Source of the DNA: Nitrosopumilaceae archaeon
GTDB taxonomy: Archaea; Thermoproteota; Nitrososphaeria; Nitrososphaerales; Nitrosopumilaceae
Reading direction: 5' to 3'
Assembly: GCA_965208905.1 (NCBI GenBank)
Contig: OZ242365.1
Coordinates: forward strand, 1,984,001 to 2,048,000
DNA length: 64,000 bases
Part shown: in pieces, positions 19,010 through 28,317 of the stretch
Position numbering within the stretch: the stretch's first letter is position 1
Layout of the letters: every line of letters begins with the position of its first letter
Translations under genes and position numbers: made by a program
The notes under the pieces: model-generated
Databases searched by the model: none
Told to the model about the DNA's origin: nothing
The model's input: only the letters and a program-made list of their open reading frames with translations

Positions 19010-20701
19010 CTAAATATCATCGTTTAGTTGATTTATTTGATCAAAAATTTGCGCAAATGTAGTTATAGATTTTTCCGGAACATCATCTATGTTATCTATA
19101 ATGCATTTTACTACCTTCATCTTATCGAATTCTTCTGAGTTGTTAAATTTGTCTTTTAATGAATCTAGAATTGGTTTGTCTGGATCAATATCATTCATAC
19201 TAATGGTAAGGTCCGGGTACGCTTTTGTTACTGCACAAAGATAGAATTCTGGCGGAAATAAATCTTCGATACTGGAATTTTGAATATTGCAAAAATTTGA
19301 TGTAGTTATATAGGGAATCTTGTATTCTTTTTTGATATTTTTTGCGCGATTCGTTCCAGCGTCATCCCCATCTTGGAATAATATAATGTTAACGTCTGAT
19401 GCCCGGAGTAGCGAAATAAGCATGGATGTTTTGTGTCCACCGCCGGGCACGCATAATATATCCGAATGCAGACTATTTTTTGACTGTTTCTCTAACACAT
19501 TATTCATGGCGTTGAATATTTCGACGTCGCTCTGTCCCTCAAGTACTAAATGCGTCTTTTTAGTAATGTAGCTATTCAAGACATCATACCACCACCCAAC
19601 ACGAATTGGGAATAGCGCATCTTGATCACGCGGCCAATTTTGTGTTTCGGCAACACGGGAAAAGCCCGTCTCCTTATCCTCAAACACGGTTTTGATCGAA
19701 TCTAGATTCGCGCTGTCTACCAAAAACGGCGAATGTGTTGTGTATAAAATTTGGTTCTTTTTAGATAGCGTACGAAAGAATGTAATCAGTTGTGTTTGCA
19801 TACTACCGTGATAATGAAGGCCGGGTTCGTCCAACAGTATAATCGAGTTTTTATTAGTTGTTTCTGCCTCAACAAGAAAGATCAAATAAAACGAAAAGAA
19901 GTACCGCATTCCCATGCTCCGTTCCTCCAACACTATTGGACTAGGATCTATATCATCAGATATTTCTATACGAAAATATTTGCCATCAACTTTGTAGTGA
20001 AATTGGTGCCTACGTTGAAACCACCACGCTGAAAATTTATCAGTCATTGATGCTTGTGCGGCATGACATAATGCAGAGCGTTGTGCAGCCAGTAATTGTC
20101 CTTGGTCATCAGTTACATTCGCGCTGGAAGGATCGAGATCTTTTAGTTCCTCTGCGCTCAATTTTACGTGCCTGAATAGGCAAGTTTGTACCCTCAATTT
20201 TCTATTTTTTGGTTCGTTTTTTAACTTATTTAGGTAGTCGGGTATGTTGATTGCGGAATCCAAAACATCGTAATTATCAAAATAGAGAAAATGTGGCATC
20301 TTAGATATAAAATATTTTGAGAGTTTTCTATCAATTTGTTTGTCGCTTTCCGAAAAGAATGCCAAAGTTTTATTATTGTAATATTTTGTCATCATGACCA
20401 AATCATCTTCCCAATCTGCGCAAATTTCTCTAGCGCGGCGCAGATCTTCTTTACTTAATTTGAAAACTGCACTACAGACTGGAAGGTGTTTGCCACGTAG
20501 ATCAGTTAACAACCGTCTAGGAAGTTCTCTAAATTCATCATATGTTGTCTTATCAGACGGATTCAACTTTGCCAGTCCTTGAAATAGTGCGGACTTGCCT
20601 GCCTCATTTTTACCAACAAATGCTGTGAGACATCCCACGCTGATCCAGTCTGTGTCTTTATAGCGCTTGTAATTTTGCAACTTAAATTTTATAAGTTCCA
20701 A
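19010..20701 (-). CDS. OLD-family-like ATP-dependent nuclease (ABC ATPase + TOPRIM)
   Basis: Walker A GKNEAGKS, signature-like RSMGM, Walker B LLDEP, H-loop TTHSP, TOPRIM VLEGQSD and DGDDAG; markedly AT-rich. Confidence 0.88.
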   Translation of the reverse strand: MELIKFKLQNYKRYKDTDWISVGCLTAFVGKNEAGKSALFQGLAKLNPSDKTTYDEFRELPRRLLTDLRGKHLPVCSAVFKLSKEDLRRAREICADWEDDLVMMTKYYNNKTLAFFSESDKQIDRKLSKYFISKMPHFLYFDNYDVLDSAINIPDYLNKLKNEPKNRKLRVQTCLFRHVKLSAEELKDLDPSSANVTDDQGQLLAAQRSALCHAAQASMTDKFSAWWFQRRHQFHYKVDGKYFRIEISDDIDPSPIVLEERSMGMRYFFSFYLIFLVEAETTNKNSIILLDEPGLHYHGSMQTQLITFFRTLSKKNQILYTTHSPFLVDSANLDSIKTVFEDKETGFSRVAETQNWPRDQDALFPIRVGWWYDVLNSYITKKTHLVLEGQSDVEIFNAMNNVLEKQSKNSLHSDILCVPGGGHKTSMLISLLRASDVNIILFQDGDDAGTNRAKNIKKEYKIPYITTSNFCNIQNSSIEDLFPPEFYLCAVTKAYPDLTISMNDIDPDKPILDSLKDKFNNSEEFDKMKVVKCIIDNIDDVPEKSITTFAQIFDQINQLNDDI

Positions 20702-20737
20702 TATTGGCAGTTATGTTCATTATTATATAAATTAAAG

Positions 20738-20846
20738 TGGTGCGCCGACTATCCAAATCAGGCCGAACTTACCGCGGCGGCCCCTGCGTCCGATCCTCAA
20801 TCGTTACGCTGGTGCGCCGACTATCCAAATCAGGCCGAACTTACCG
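20738..20846. CRISPR. orphan CRISPR-like mini-array: two identical 37-bp repeats and one 35-bp spacer
   Basis: TGGTGCGCCGACTATCCAAATCAGGCCGAACTTACCG at 20738-20774 and 20810-20846; AT-rich flank on the left; no cas genes in the window. The repeat is certain; CRISPR identity is not. Confidence 0.4.
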
Positions 20847-20849
20847 TGC

Positions 20850-21560
20850 GCGTTCGCTACTTGAGGCCCATAGCCGTCGGGGTAATACTGCACAGGCCCG
20901 GCCAGGTATGATCTTGGGTGCACCGCAAACCGTCACGGTATCCGCGCCACTCCACAATCAGATACCAACCAGCGCCGAGGACGTCATGACCGAGATACAA
21001 TACCGGCTGCGCCTGATGGTCTCATAAACTCCGGAATGCTACCCATACGTGGAACGGATCATCCCGCCTCGATGCTGATCCAAGCACCCACCAGTACGTG
21101 ATGATATCACAGCATCGGCATTTCCAACTCCGTCAGTAACAGCCACGCTTTGACAAGCCTGGCAAGCGCCAGCGCGATGATGTCCCCAAGCACATAGACG
21201 CGATTCTGGCGTGGACGGACATGTGATTATCATCAGGTGGCGATTCCAGCGGAAGCCTGCGCCCAATCCGTATCAGGATAGCAAACATCCCGCACGTGAT
21301 GACGAACGAGGCAGAACTCCACGCCATCATGTTGACTTTTCCAAGATGATCGAGAGGATGATTCGGTCCGCTAGGTGATACGGGATGGTGTCAGTGACGT
21401 ACCCCAGTGCCTAGAATGCAGCCAAGAGGTTGAGCGAGGCGACCACGGCCTAGACGACGATACCGACCACGCCAAGCTACCCCATGATCGGTGGTATGCG
21501 ATTCTTCTCATTAGCAGATTCAGGCTTGATGCTAGACGGGGATAGCGTCCTTTGGAGCAT
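20850..21560 (-). pseudogene. decayed polytopic membrane protein gene
   Basis: Hydrophobic reading frame MG*LGVVGIVV*AVVASLNLLAAF*ALGY with three in-frame TAGs, then frameshifted hydrophobic segments; 3' limit approximate. Confidence 0.55.
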
Positions 21561-21699
21561 GTGATCGGCCTGGATCTTCCCTAGACGGGTAGGTTACGGC
21601 CAGTGCTGGCACCTGGATCGAATCGACCAATACAGGCCCCCGTCACCCTAACCCAGCCGCGACCAGAATCCAAAAATCTAGCAAAATAGTTACGGTTTC

Positions 21700-22315
21700 C
21701 CCTAGACCCGCAGATCTTCCGGCTGAATTCTACTTGTAAATTCGCCATCAATTTTGTGTATGTCGGTCTGAATGCTATGGGAGCAATTTGCCCACTTACC
21801 TCTTGGCGTTGCTTAGTCAGTTACGATATCTGGTTGTTAATTATAGAGTCTGTATCGTTACTCCCGAGTCCGCTCAAACCCAGTCTGGCATTGTTGCGAA
21901 TTTGGCCTCACCTCTATTGCCTCACTGTTGGCCATCCATTCCACGCAGCTCCTCGTGAGTCGCCATCTCCTCAATGGGCTTCGATCATCGGGCGCAACTT
22001 GTGCAGTCTTTGCCGTTCAGCCTCATTAGCTACGCTGCGAGCCGCAATCCTAGACATGATGTCGAGTGCGGCGCTGTAATCATCGTCACTTTGCTTGAAT
22101 AGTTTGTCTAGACGTCTCTTTAGCCTAGACTTTCTCTCCGATTCTGACAAGGTTGTCTTTCAGATTTTTGTACAGATGACATCCTTTGCGGTATGGGGAG
22201 ATATCCTCTTCAAGCCCCAACTCTTCGGCAAGCTTGGCGCACCGATCTAACTTGTCAATTAACGCATCAAACGTTACCATGCATCTTGTTGGGAGATCTT
22301 GTCTAATGAACGTCA
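21700..22315 (-). pseudogene. decayed helical/coiled-coil hypothetical protein gene
   Basis: MTFIRQDLP...LVRIGEK continues after a frameshift as SRLKRRLDKLFKQSDDYSAALDIMSR...; several stops; limits approximate. Confidence 0.4.
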
Positions 22316-22858
22316 TGATGCCGTGGTTGTACAAGTTCCAGATTGGGAGTACCGTTGCCATAAAGCTTCGCAACGGGATGCTCCCCTGACCTTTGTTGCG
22401 AAGCTCTAGTCGTCGGTTGCGGGGTCCATGCTGTCGGTCTTGAGGCCCCCTAGACCACCTCCTAGGAGAATGCCAGCCCGCTGGGTCCCATACCCTCCCA
22501 GAATCGTGCGCCGGCAGGACAAATTCCTGACAGAGGACTGCACCCGTCTGGAGTGCCGGGAAGGTTAAAGTAAACGCATTGCTACATATACCAAGTTCTT
22601 TCTTGCACTTGACGGAAAGGCACTCTTGCCCTACATGTCTCAATACCCCGCGCTTTGTTTAATATACACCATATGACACATTATGTAAATGGGAAGAAGA
22701 AAAACTCAAAAGATAATACGTACTACGCAGCGTAACTCCACCATAGGACGTTGTCCCCACTGTCGCACCATAGGTAAAATATTTCTGCTGGGAAAGCCTG
22801 GTCAGGAGAGATGTAAGTGTGACAAGTGCAGAGCAGAGTTTGACATTTGATAATTTAG

Positions 22859-22933
22859 AGGACTCGGAGGGCTTCGATCCCCCGACCTGATGATCCGGAA
22901 TCACCTGCACTATCCAGGCTGTGCTACAAGTCC
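22859..22933 (-). tRNA. tRNA-Arg(CCG)
   Basis: GGACTTG/CGAGTCC acceptor stem, GGTGA-TTCCGGA-TCATC anticodon arm, GGGGG-ATCGAAG-CCCTC T-arm. Confidence 0.93.
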
Positions 22934-22991
22934 GCCCTCACCTATCGTTTTGTAACATAAAAATCCTAACTCTGATTTTTATATCAGGCAT

Positions 22992-23237
22992 ATGATACGA
23001 TACAGTGTGGGCCTTCTATACACCACTAGCTATGTGGACTTTGATGAGAGTGATTGGAGACAGATAGCTGTAAATCCACCTGTATTTGAGGCCATCAACA
23101 ATGTGGTGTCATTGGATATCTTTGATGTGTCACAAAAATCCTACAAAATAAAGTTCCGGAAAGGTGCTCAGGTAAAGTCATTTCGGGTGGTAGGAAAATT
23201 TCGACTCACATGGGATGACTCATTTGTGGCAGAGTAG
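22992..23237 (+). CDS. small hypothetical protein
   Basis: Clean ORF with TATA-like TTTTATAT upstream and protein-like composition; start uncertain. Confidence 0.7.
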   Translation: MIRYSVGLLYTTSYVDFDESDWRQIAVNPPVFEAINNVVSLDIFDVSQKSYKIKFRKGAQVKSFRVVGKFRLTWDDSFVAE

Positions 23238-23368
23238 ATTTATGCGTACAGTGGCTTTGTCGTATGGTTGGTTAAAAGTCCAAATCTCATACAGATAGAT
23301 TTTAGGTGGCCTCAAAGATACCTGTTGTGTAATAACACACAACTACATCGGCAAGAATATACATCTAG

Positions 23369-24700
23369 TTACCTGTCGCGATTCCTCGGGGGACGGGCAA
23401 ATCGGTTGGATGGGTCATTGTGATATTGTACTGGTAACATCGAGTCCTTTTGACGCCCGGTGAGTATGCCCACAACAACATCGTCCTTTTTAATCACTTC
23501 AGACTCCATCAACTTTTTTATGCCGGCCAAAGAGGCTCCCGATGCCATCTCACAGTCAAAGCCATTTAAGCCTACTACGGCCATGGCATCAAGCATCTCT
23601 TTGTCAGATACGGTAACGACTACACCGTTTGTGGCATCTAGCGCCCGTAGACACTTTAGTATGTTTGCAGGCTTGCCTATCTGAATGGCAGAGGCGTGTG
23701 TGTGGGGATCAAGGCCCCGGGAGCCCATTTTATCATAATAGTCATCGATTAGTGCAGTATCTACATCACCATCATTCCATCGGAGTTTGGGACCGAATTT
23801 ACCGTTGTACAGGTTGTATAATGTGGACGCACCTTGGGCATTTATGACGGCTATACGAGGCATCTTTTTAATCCAGCCCCATTTGTATAACTCCAAAAGT
23901 GCCTTGCCGCAGCTGGAAGTATTGCCCAATGCACCACCTGGATATACAATCCAGTCAGGCGCCTTCCATTCTAGATGTTCAAGCAGTCTATACGGAATTG
24001 TCTTTTGACCCTCAATACGGAAAGGATTTATCGAGTTTACTGTATAACCATCATTGTCCACATCTTGGAGTGACTGTTCAAGGGCATCATCAAAGTTGCC
24101 ATCAACCTCTATAATCTGAGCTCCAAATTGGTACGCCTGACTTAGTTTTCCCGGAGCTATCTGGCCGGCCGGAATATACACATCACATTCCATTCCCTCG
24201 TTGGCGGCAAACATGCCCGCCGAGGCAGATGTGTTTCCCGTGGATGCGCAGATTAGTCTCTTGGCGCCCACCATCTTGCCATGAGTCACAGCAGTAGCCA
24301 TGCCATTATCCTTGAAAGAACCGCTGGGGTTGTATCCCTCAGGTTGCAGCCACAGCGACTCACCCTCGGCTCCGGCAAACTGCGCCGCCCGTTTCATATG
24401 ATATGGTTTGGACAGGCGACCTTCCGACCCATCTAGTGACACAAAGTGGTTTGCACACTCTATCGTGTCAAATGTATCTATCTGGCAAAAGTTCAACAAC
24501 TCTCTAAATCGCCAGACTCCACTCTCATCAAAGATATTGCCGTGGTGATCGCGTCTCTTGTAAAATGTCTCCTTAAGGGATGTAGACGGGGTCTTATCAT
24601 ATACAACATCAGTGGGATGGCCATGTTCACAGCGAAACGCCACACTACTCACAGGATATTCAAGTCCACACTCTGAGAATATGCACTTAAGGTAAGCCAT
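23369..24700 (-). CDS. thrC: threonine synthase
   Basis: NPSGSFKDNG (PLP lysine), CASTGNTSAS, NPFRIEGQKT; likely start MAYLKC at 24700. Confidence 0.95.
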   Translation of the reverse strand: MAYLKCIFSECGLEYPVSSVAFRCEHGHPTDVVYDKTPSTSLKETFYKRRDHHGNIFDESGVWRFRELLNFCQIDTFDTIECANHFVSLDGSEGRLSKPYHMKRAAQFAGAEGESLWLQPEGYNPSGSFKDNGMATAVTHGKMVGAKRLICASTGNTSASAGMFAANEGMECDVYIPAGQIAPGKLSQAYQFGAQIIEVDGNFDDALEQSLQDVDNDGYTVNSINPFRIEGQKTIPYRLLEHLEWKAPDWIVYPGGALGNTSSCGKALLELYKWGWIKKMPRIAVINAQGASTLYNLYNGKFGPKLRWNDGDVDTALIDDYYDKMGSRGLDPHTHASAIQIGKPANILKCLRALDATNGVVVTVSDKEMLDAMAVVGLNGFDCEMASGASLAGIKKLMESEVIKKDDVVVGILTGRQKDSMLPVQYHNDPSNRFARPPRNRDR

Positions 24701-25047
24701 CAATATAATGTACAACATTATGTTAATTTAAATGTGGAAGTTGTTCGGGTGTTTAGACGTGTGACATCTTGAGCTTTTATACTCATAGACTCTCATCCCA
24801 TAGGTGAGTGATGATCTAAGTTGGACAATATCAGAAAAAACATCTACGCATAGCGTACAATGACAGAGTCGCAATAGTATTTTTGTGCGTTATGAATAAT
24901 TTTTGTACAAAAGATCTTTGTATTCATGGTCAGACTTTGTTATTAGAACTACTCAGATAATCTCAAAGTCGCCCATATTGTACAATTTAGATCATCACTC
25001 AACTCTGGAAGGGAAGCCTTATCTCATAAAAAGATAAACCAAATGTA

Positions 25048-26637
25048 TTGTATGCTGCGCTCATAGTTGTATGTACCGTATTATTTATGGTATATACTGC
25101 AGCGGCCGAGCCAGTAATATATGATGATGAGCTCTCACTAGAGACGTACGTTACGGGGTTCTGTTGTCGTCTCACCGGCATGGAGTTTATGCCCAATGAT
25201 GACTTGTTGGTACTACAGCAGAATGGAGATGTCCGACTAGTCAAGGACGGACAGTTGATGGCGGATGCAGTACTAACTGTAGACACAATTCCGTTCCGGG
25301 AGATGGGGCTTTTGGGCATAACCCGGTCTGGAGAGTCTGTATATCTATACTATACAGTTCCAGACGAGCATGGCGATCCCATCTACAACCGTATAGAGCG
25401 ATACACATGGGATGGACAGTCTTTGATTGATCCTGTTGTGATGATCGATATTCCAGTCAACCTGTACCATAACGGTGGAGCAATGGTTACCGGTCCTGAC
25501 GGCCAAGTATATGCAGTAGTTGGAGATACGGGAAGATATGGACTCTTACAAAACAAGGAACCGGGAAGTTATTATCCTTCAGATATGACTGACTATCTTG
25601 ATACCAGTGTCATACTGCGGGTAGATCCACCTGGCGAATACTATGCGGTGGGAATCAGAAACAGTTTTGGTCTTGCATTTGATCCTGTTACCGGTATGAT
25701 GTGGGACACGGAGAATGGTCCTGACAACTTTGATGAGATAAACATTGTACAGGAGGGTTTCAACAGTGGATGGGAGGTTGTGATGGGTCTGGCAACAAAA
25801 GATGACCTGTCGCACATGACAATGAGTGAGAGTTATCAGTATGAGGATCCCAAGTTTACATGGTATCATACTGTGGCGCCAACGGGAATTGGTTTTGTAG
25901 ACTTTGCTGAGACTGACAAGTACAACAACTCAATATTTGCAGGCGACTGCAATCATGGACGGCTCTACATCTTTACAATGAATCAGAACAGAGATGGGTT
26001 TGTGTTTTCATCTCCAGGTCTGCAAGATACAGTTGCGGATTCAGGGGATTCCCTAGAGGAGATAATACTAGCAGAAGGGTTAGGATGTATCACCAATATA
26101 CGCACCGGGCCTGACGGCTACCTGTACATAGCAAGCTACTCGCACGATACAATATACAGAGTACTTCCCGCATCTGCGGCATCTGCCCAGCAGACCAACA
26201 CAGAATCACCACAGGAACAACATACCCAAGAGGGTGGCGGGTGCCTCATAGCCACTGCAGCGTATAACACCGAGCTTGCATCACAAGTACAGACGCTACG
26301 CGAGATTCGGGACAATACAATACTTTCAACCGAGTCAGGAACCGCATTCATGTCTTTGTTCAATACATTCTACTACTCTTTCTCTCCAGCAGTGGCAGAC
26401 ATTGAAAGGGAGAGTCCAACTTTGCGTGCCATAATACGTGGCATCATCACACCCATGATATACTCCCTTTCACCTCTATCTTTGATTGATGGGGATTCAG
26501 AGATTCAAGTTATATTCTTGGGTGCTGCCATAATCTTGTTCAATGTTGCAGTGTATATAGGATCTCCGATCATTATTACGTACAGGGCGCGAAGGTTTGT
26601 AATGCAAAGGACCCGATCATATTCAATTTTTACCTAA
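25048..26637 (+). CDS. PQQ-dependent glucose/sorbosone dehydrogenase-like protein with CFI-box-CTERM domain
   Basis: HNGGAM, GIRNSFGLAFDP, ENGPDNFDEIN, APTGI; C-terminal GGGCLIATAAY...YYSFSP plus TM anchor. Confidence 0.9.
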   Translation: MYAALIVVCTVLFMVYTAAAEPVIYDDELSLETYVTGFCCRLTGMEFMPNDDLLVLQQNGDVRLVKDGQLMADAVLTVDTIPFREMGLLGITRSGESVYLYYTVPDEHGDPIYNRIERYTWDGQSLIDPVVMIDIPVNLYHNGGAMVTGPDGQVYAVVGDTGRYGLLQNKEPGSYYPSDMTDYLDTSVILRVDPPGEYYAVGIRNSFGLAFDPVTGMMWDTENGPDNFDEINIVQEGFNSGWEVVMGLATKDDLSHMTMSESYQYEDPKFTWYHTVAPTGIGFVDFAETDKYNNSIFAGDCNHGRLYIFTMNQNRDGFVFSSPGLQDTVADSGDSLEEIILAEGLGCITNIRTGPDGYLYIASYSHDTIYRVLPASAASAQQTNTESPQEQHTQEGGGCLIATAAYNTELASQVQTLREIRDNTILSTESGTAFMSLFNTFYYSFSPAVADIERESPTLRAIIRGIITPMIYSLSPLSLIDGDSEIQVIFLGAAIILFNVAVYIGSPIIITYRARRFVMQRTRSYSIFT

Positions 26638-26759
26638 TTATTATATGATATCAAGAGTCTCTTTTGGTGCAAGATCTTTAGACAGATACAACACTATATC
26701 GACATATAGAACAATATTTTGCCACGTAGTATATATTCAACCGCTCCTAATCCAGTAAT

Positions 26760-27407
26760 GTGGCGCGCAGGCGAAGGCAGAAAATTCAGAGCAAGCGCAA
26801 CCGCTCCAATCTAACCCACAAGAGTAGGATGCAGACCAATACCAAAATTCATAGTGGTAGAGACTCAGGTACGTACATAACACAAGGCATGCGTTTTTTA
26901 TATGATGATAAGTTGGAGCTGGCAATTGAATATTTTGAGAAAGCCATTATTGCAAACCCAGAAGACGCAAGAAGTTATAGTTGCATAGGTGCGGCACTAG
27001 AGCATTTGGGCCGGCCTGGTGAAGCCATCAACCATTTTAAAAGAGCAATAAAGTTAGACTCACAGAATGCTGACTTGCATGCTGAGATGGGAGCAGTCTT
27101 TTGGGATTTAGGCAAACATAGGGATGTAATAGACTGCTTTAACAGGGCGGTGGAACTTAATCCGACAAATCTCTCCGTCCGCAGCAGTATGGGGATGGCG
27201 CTTTTCATGTCTGGTAGACACAAAGAGGCTATCGCCGCCTATGACGATATCATACGTATGGACCCTCAAAACTCAGATGCATACTACGGTAAGGCCATAA
27301 TACTTTCTCAGTTGGAAAGATACTCAGAAGCCTCGGAGTGTTTTGAAAAAATGATTAAGATTGATCCTAAAAACGTTGAAAAGCTCGGCCAGATGATAGC
27401 GAGTTAA
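26760..27407 (+). CDS. tetratricopeptide repeat protein
   Basis: About five TPR units (AIEYFEKAIIANP, EAINHFKRAIKLDS, ...). Confidence 0.9.
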   Translation: MARRRRQKIQSKRNRSNLTHKSRMQTNTKIHSGRDSGTYITQGMRFLYDDKLELAIEYFEKAIIANPEDARSYSCIGAALEHLGRPGEAINHFKRAIKLDSQNADLHAEMGAVFWDLGKHRDVIDCFNRAVELNPTNLSVRSSMGMALFMSGRHKEAIAAYDDIIRMDPQNSDAYYGKAIILSQLERYSEASECFEKMIKIDPKNVEKLGQMIAS

Positions 27408-27445
27408 AGACAACATGATGTGGGCGCAATCAAGATGCTGAAAGT

Positions 27446-27664
27446 ATGTTGCACGAGGTGTGTATACATGATGAGGCCATTATCTGCCATAACAGGTCCA
27501 CATTGTATGATCCTCAAGACATGGAGGTGTACCGATGCAAGGGTTTGGTGCTCATGAAATTTGACATGATCTCTGAGGCCTTGGACTGTTTTGAGATGGC
27601 CGTCTGCCTAGACCCTCAGAACAGTACATATTGGTATGGCCAACACGCTGGACAGTATGTATAG
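27446..27664 (+). pseudogene. degenerate TPR continuation of the upstream gene
   Basis: EALDCFEMAVCLDPQNSTYW is TPR-like; separated from the upstream ORF by a stop/frameshift. Confidence 0.6.
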
Positions 27665-27848
27665 ACAGAGAAGTTGTCATGACTAAGAGAAATATTTGAA
27701 ATTCAAACTAGAGTGTCAAAAAATAGTCCATAGCCCTGAACTATTATGACTTTCATACACAAAGAATGACTAAATGTATATTCTACAGACACAAATTGGT
27801 CCAATACACTACAATAGCTTTTTAAATAAATACAGATTTCACATACAT

Positions 27849-27995
27849 ATGAGCGAAGATACCATTTACGAACGCATAGCCAGACTAGAAAATGAGATCA
27901 AGTCCATACGCAAAGATCTAGACATTATAATGACGTTCCACAAGAACAAGCTGGTGAAGTTGCAGGTAAAACGTGTAAAAGACGGTAAGATTTAG
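27849..27995 (+). CDS. small coiled-coil protein
   Basis: MSEDTIYERIARLENEIKSIRKDLDII; TTTTTAAATA box about 25 nt upstream. Confidence 0.6.
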   Translation: MSEDTIYERIARLENEIKSIRKDLDIIMTFHKNKLVKLQVKRVKDGKI

Positions 27996-28317
27996 TCGGT
28001 ATCTAAGAAATCAACTAGGTTTGCCACATTGCCGAGTTGTCTGCGTGATGGTTCTCCCCAAGTTTTTTAACCATCACATAGTTTTTGGGGACCGGGTCCG
28101 ATACAATCTTCAAATCCATATGATCCGCAGATGAACTTTGATACTCACAGCCACATCAATACAAATCGGGGCGTTCTCATATTGTGCCATCGCATTATAC
28201 ATCCTGATACTGCAAGCATATGGCGTATTATCTGAGTCTTAGATAGTTTTAAACTCACACCAAAACATGATGTTATATCACTTGTGATATTTACACAAAA
28301 AAAATCCTTACCACAAA

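Larger units (their letters stand above)
6883..22858. mobile_element. tRNA-bounded accessory/defence island (no integrase found)
   Basis: Lies between the 3' ends of two convergent tRNAs; contains Fic, type I R-M, IS5, an OLD-like nuclease and pseudogenes; mosaic base composition. Confidence 0.65.

Noticed and set aside
20880-20975. Third and fourth degenerate CRISPR repeats (GGT..CAGGCC; GCGCCACTCCACAATCAG)
   Set aside because: Weak, gapped similarity that is out of 72-nt register, and it overlaps the decayed membrane-protein frame.
20675-21027. ORFs 20675-20911 and 20737-21027 with repeated peptides
   Set aside because: They are translations of the DNA repeat (period 72, a multiple of 3); no coding support.
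21411-21479. Genome-wide TAG recoding (Trp/Gln/pyrrolysine)
   Set aside because: TAG ends core genes at their expected lengths (e.g. rpoF, map), and this frame also has frameshifts and TGA stops, so it is a pseudogene.
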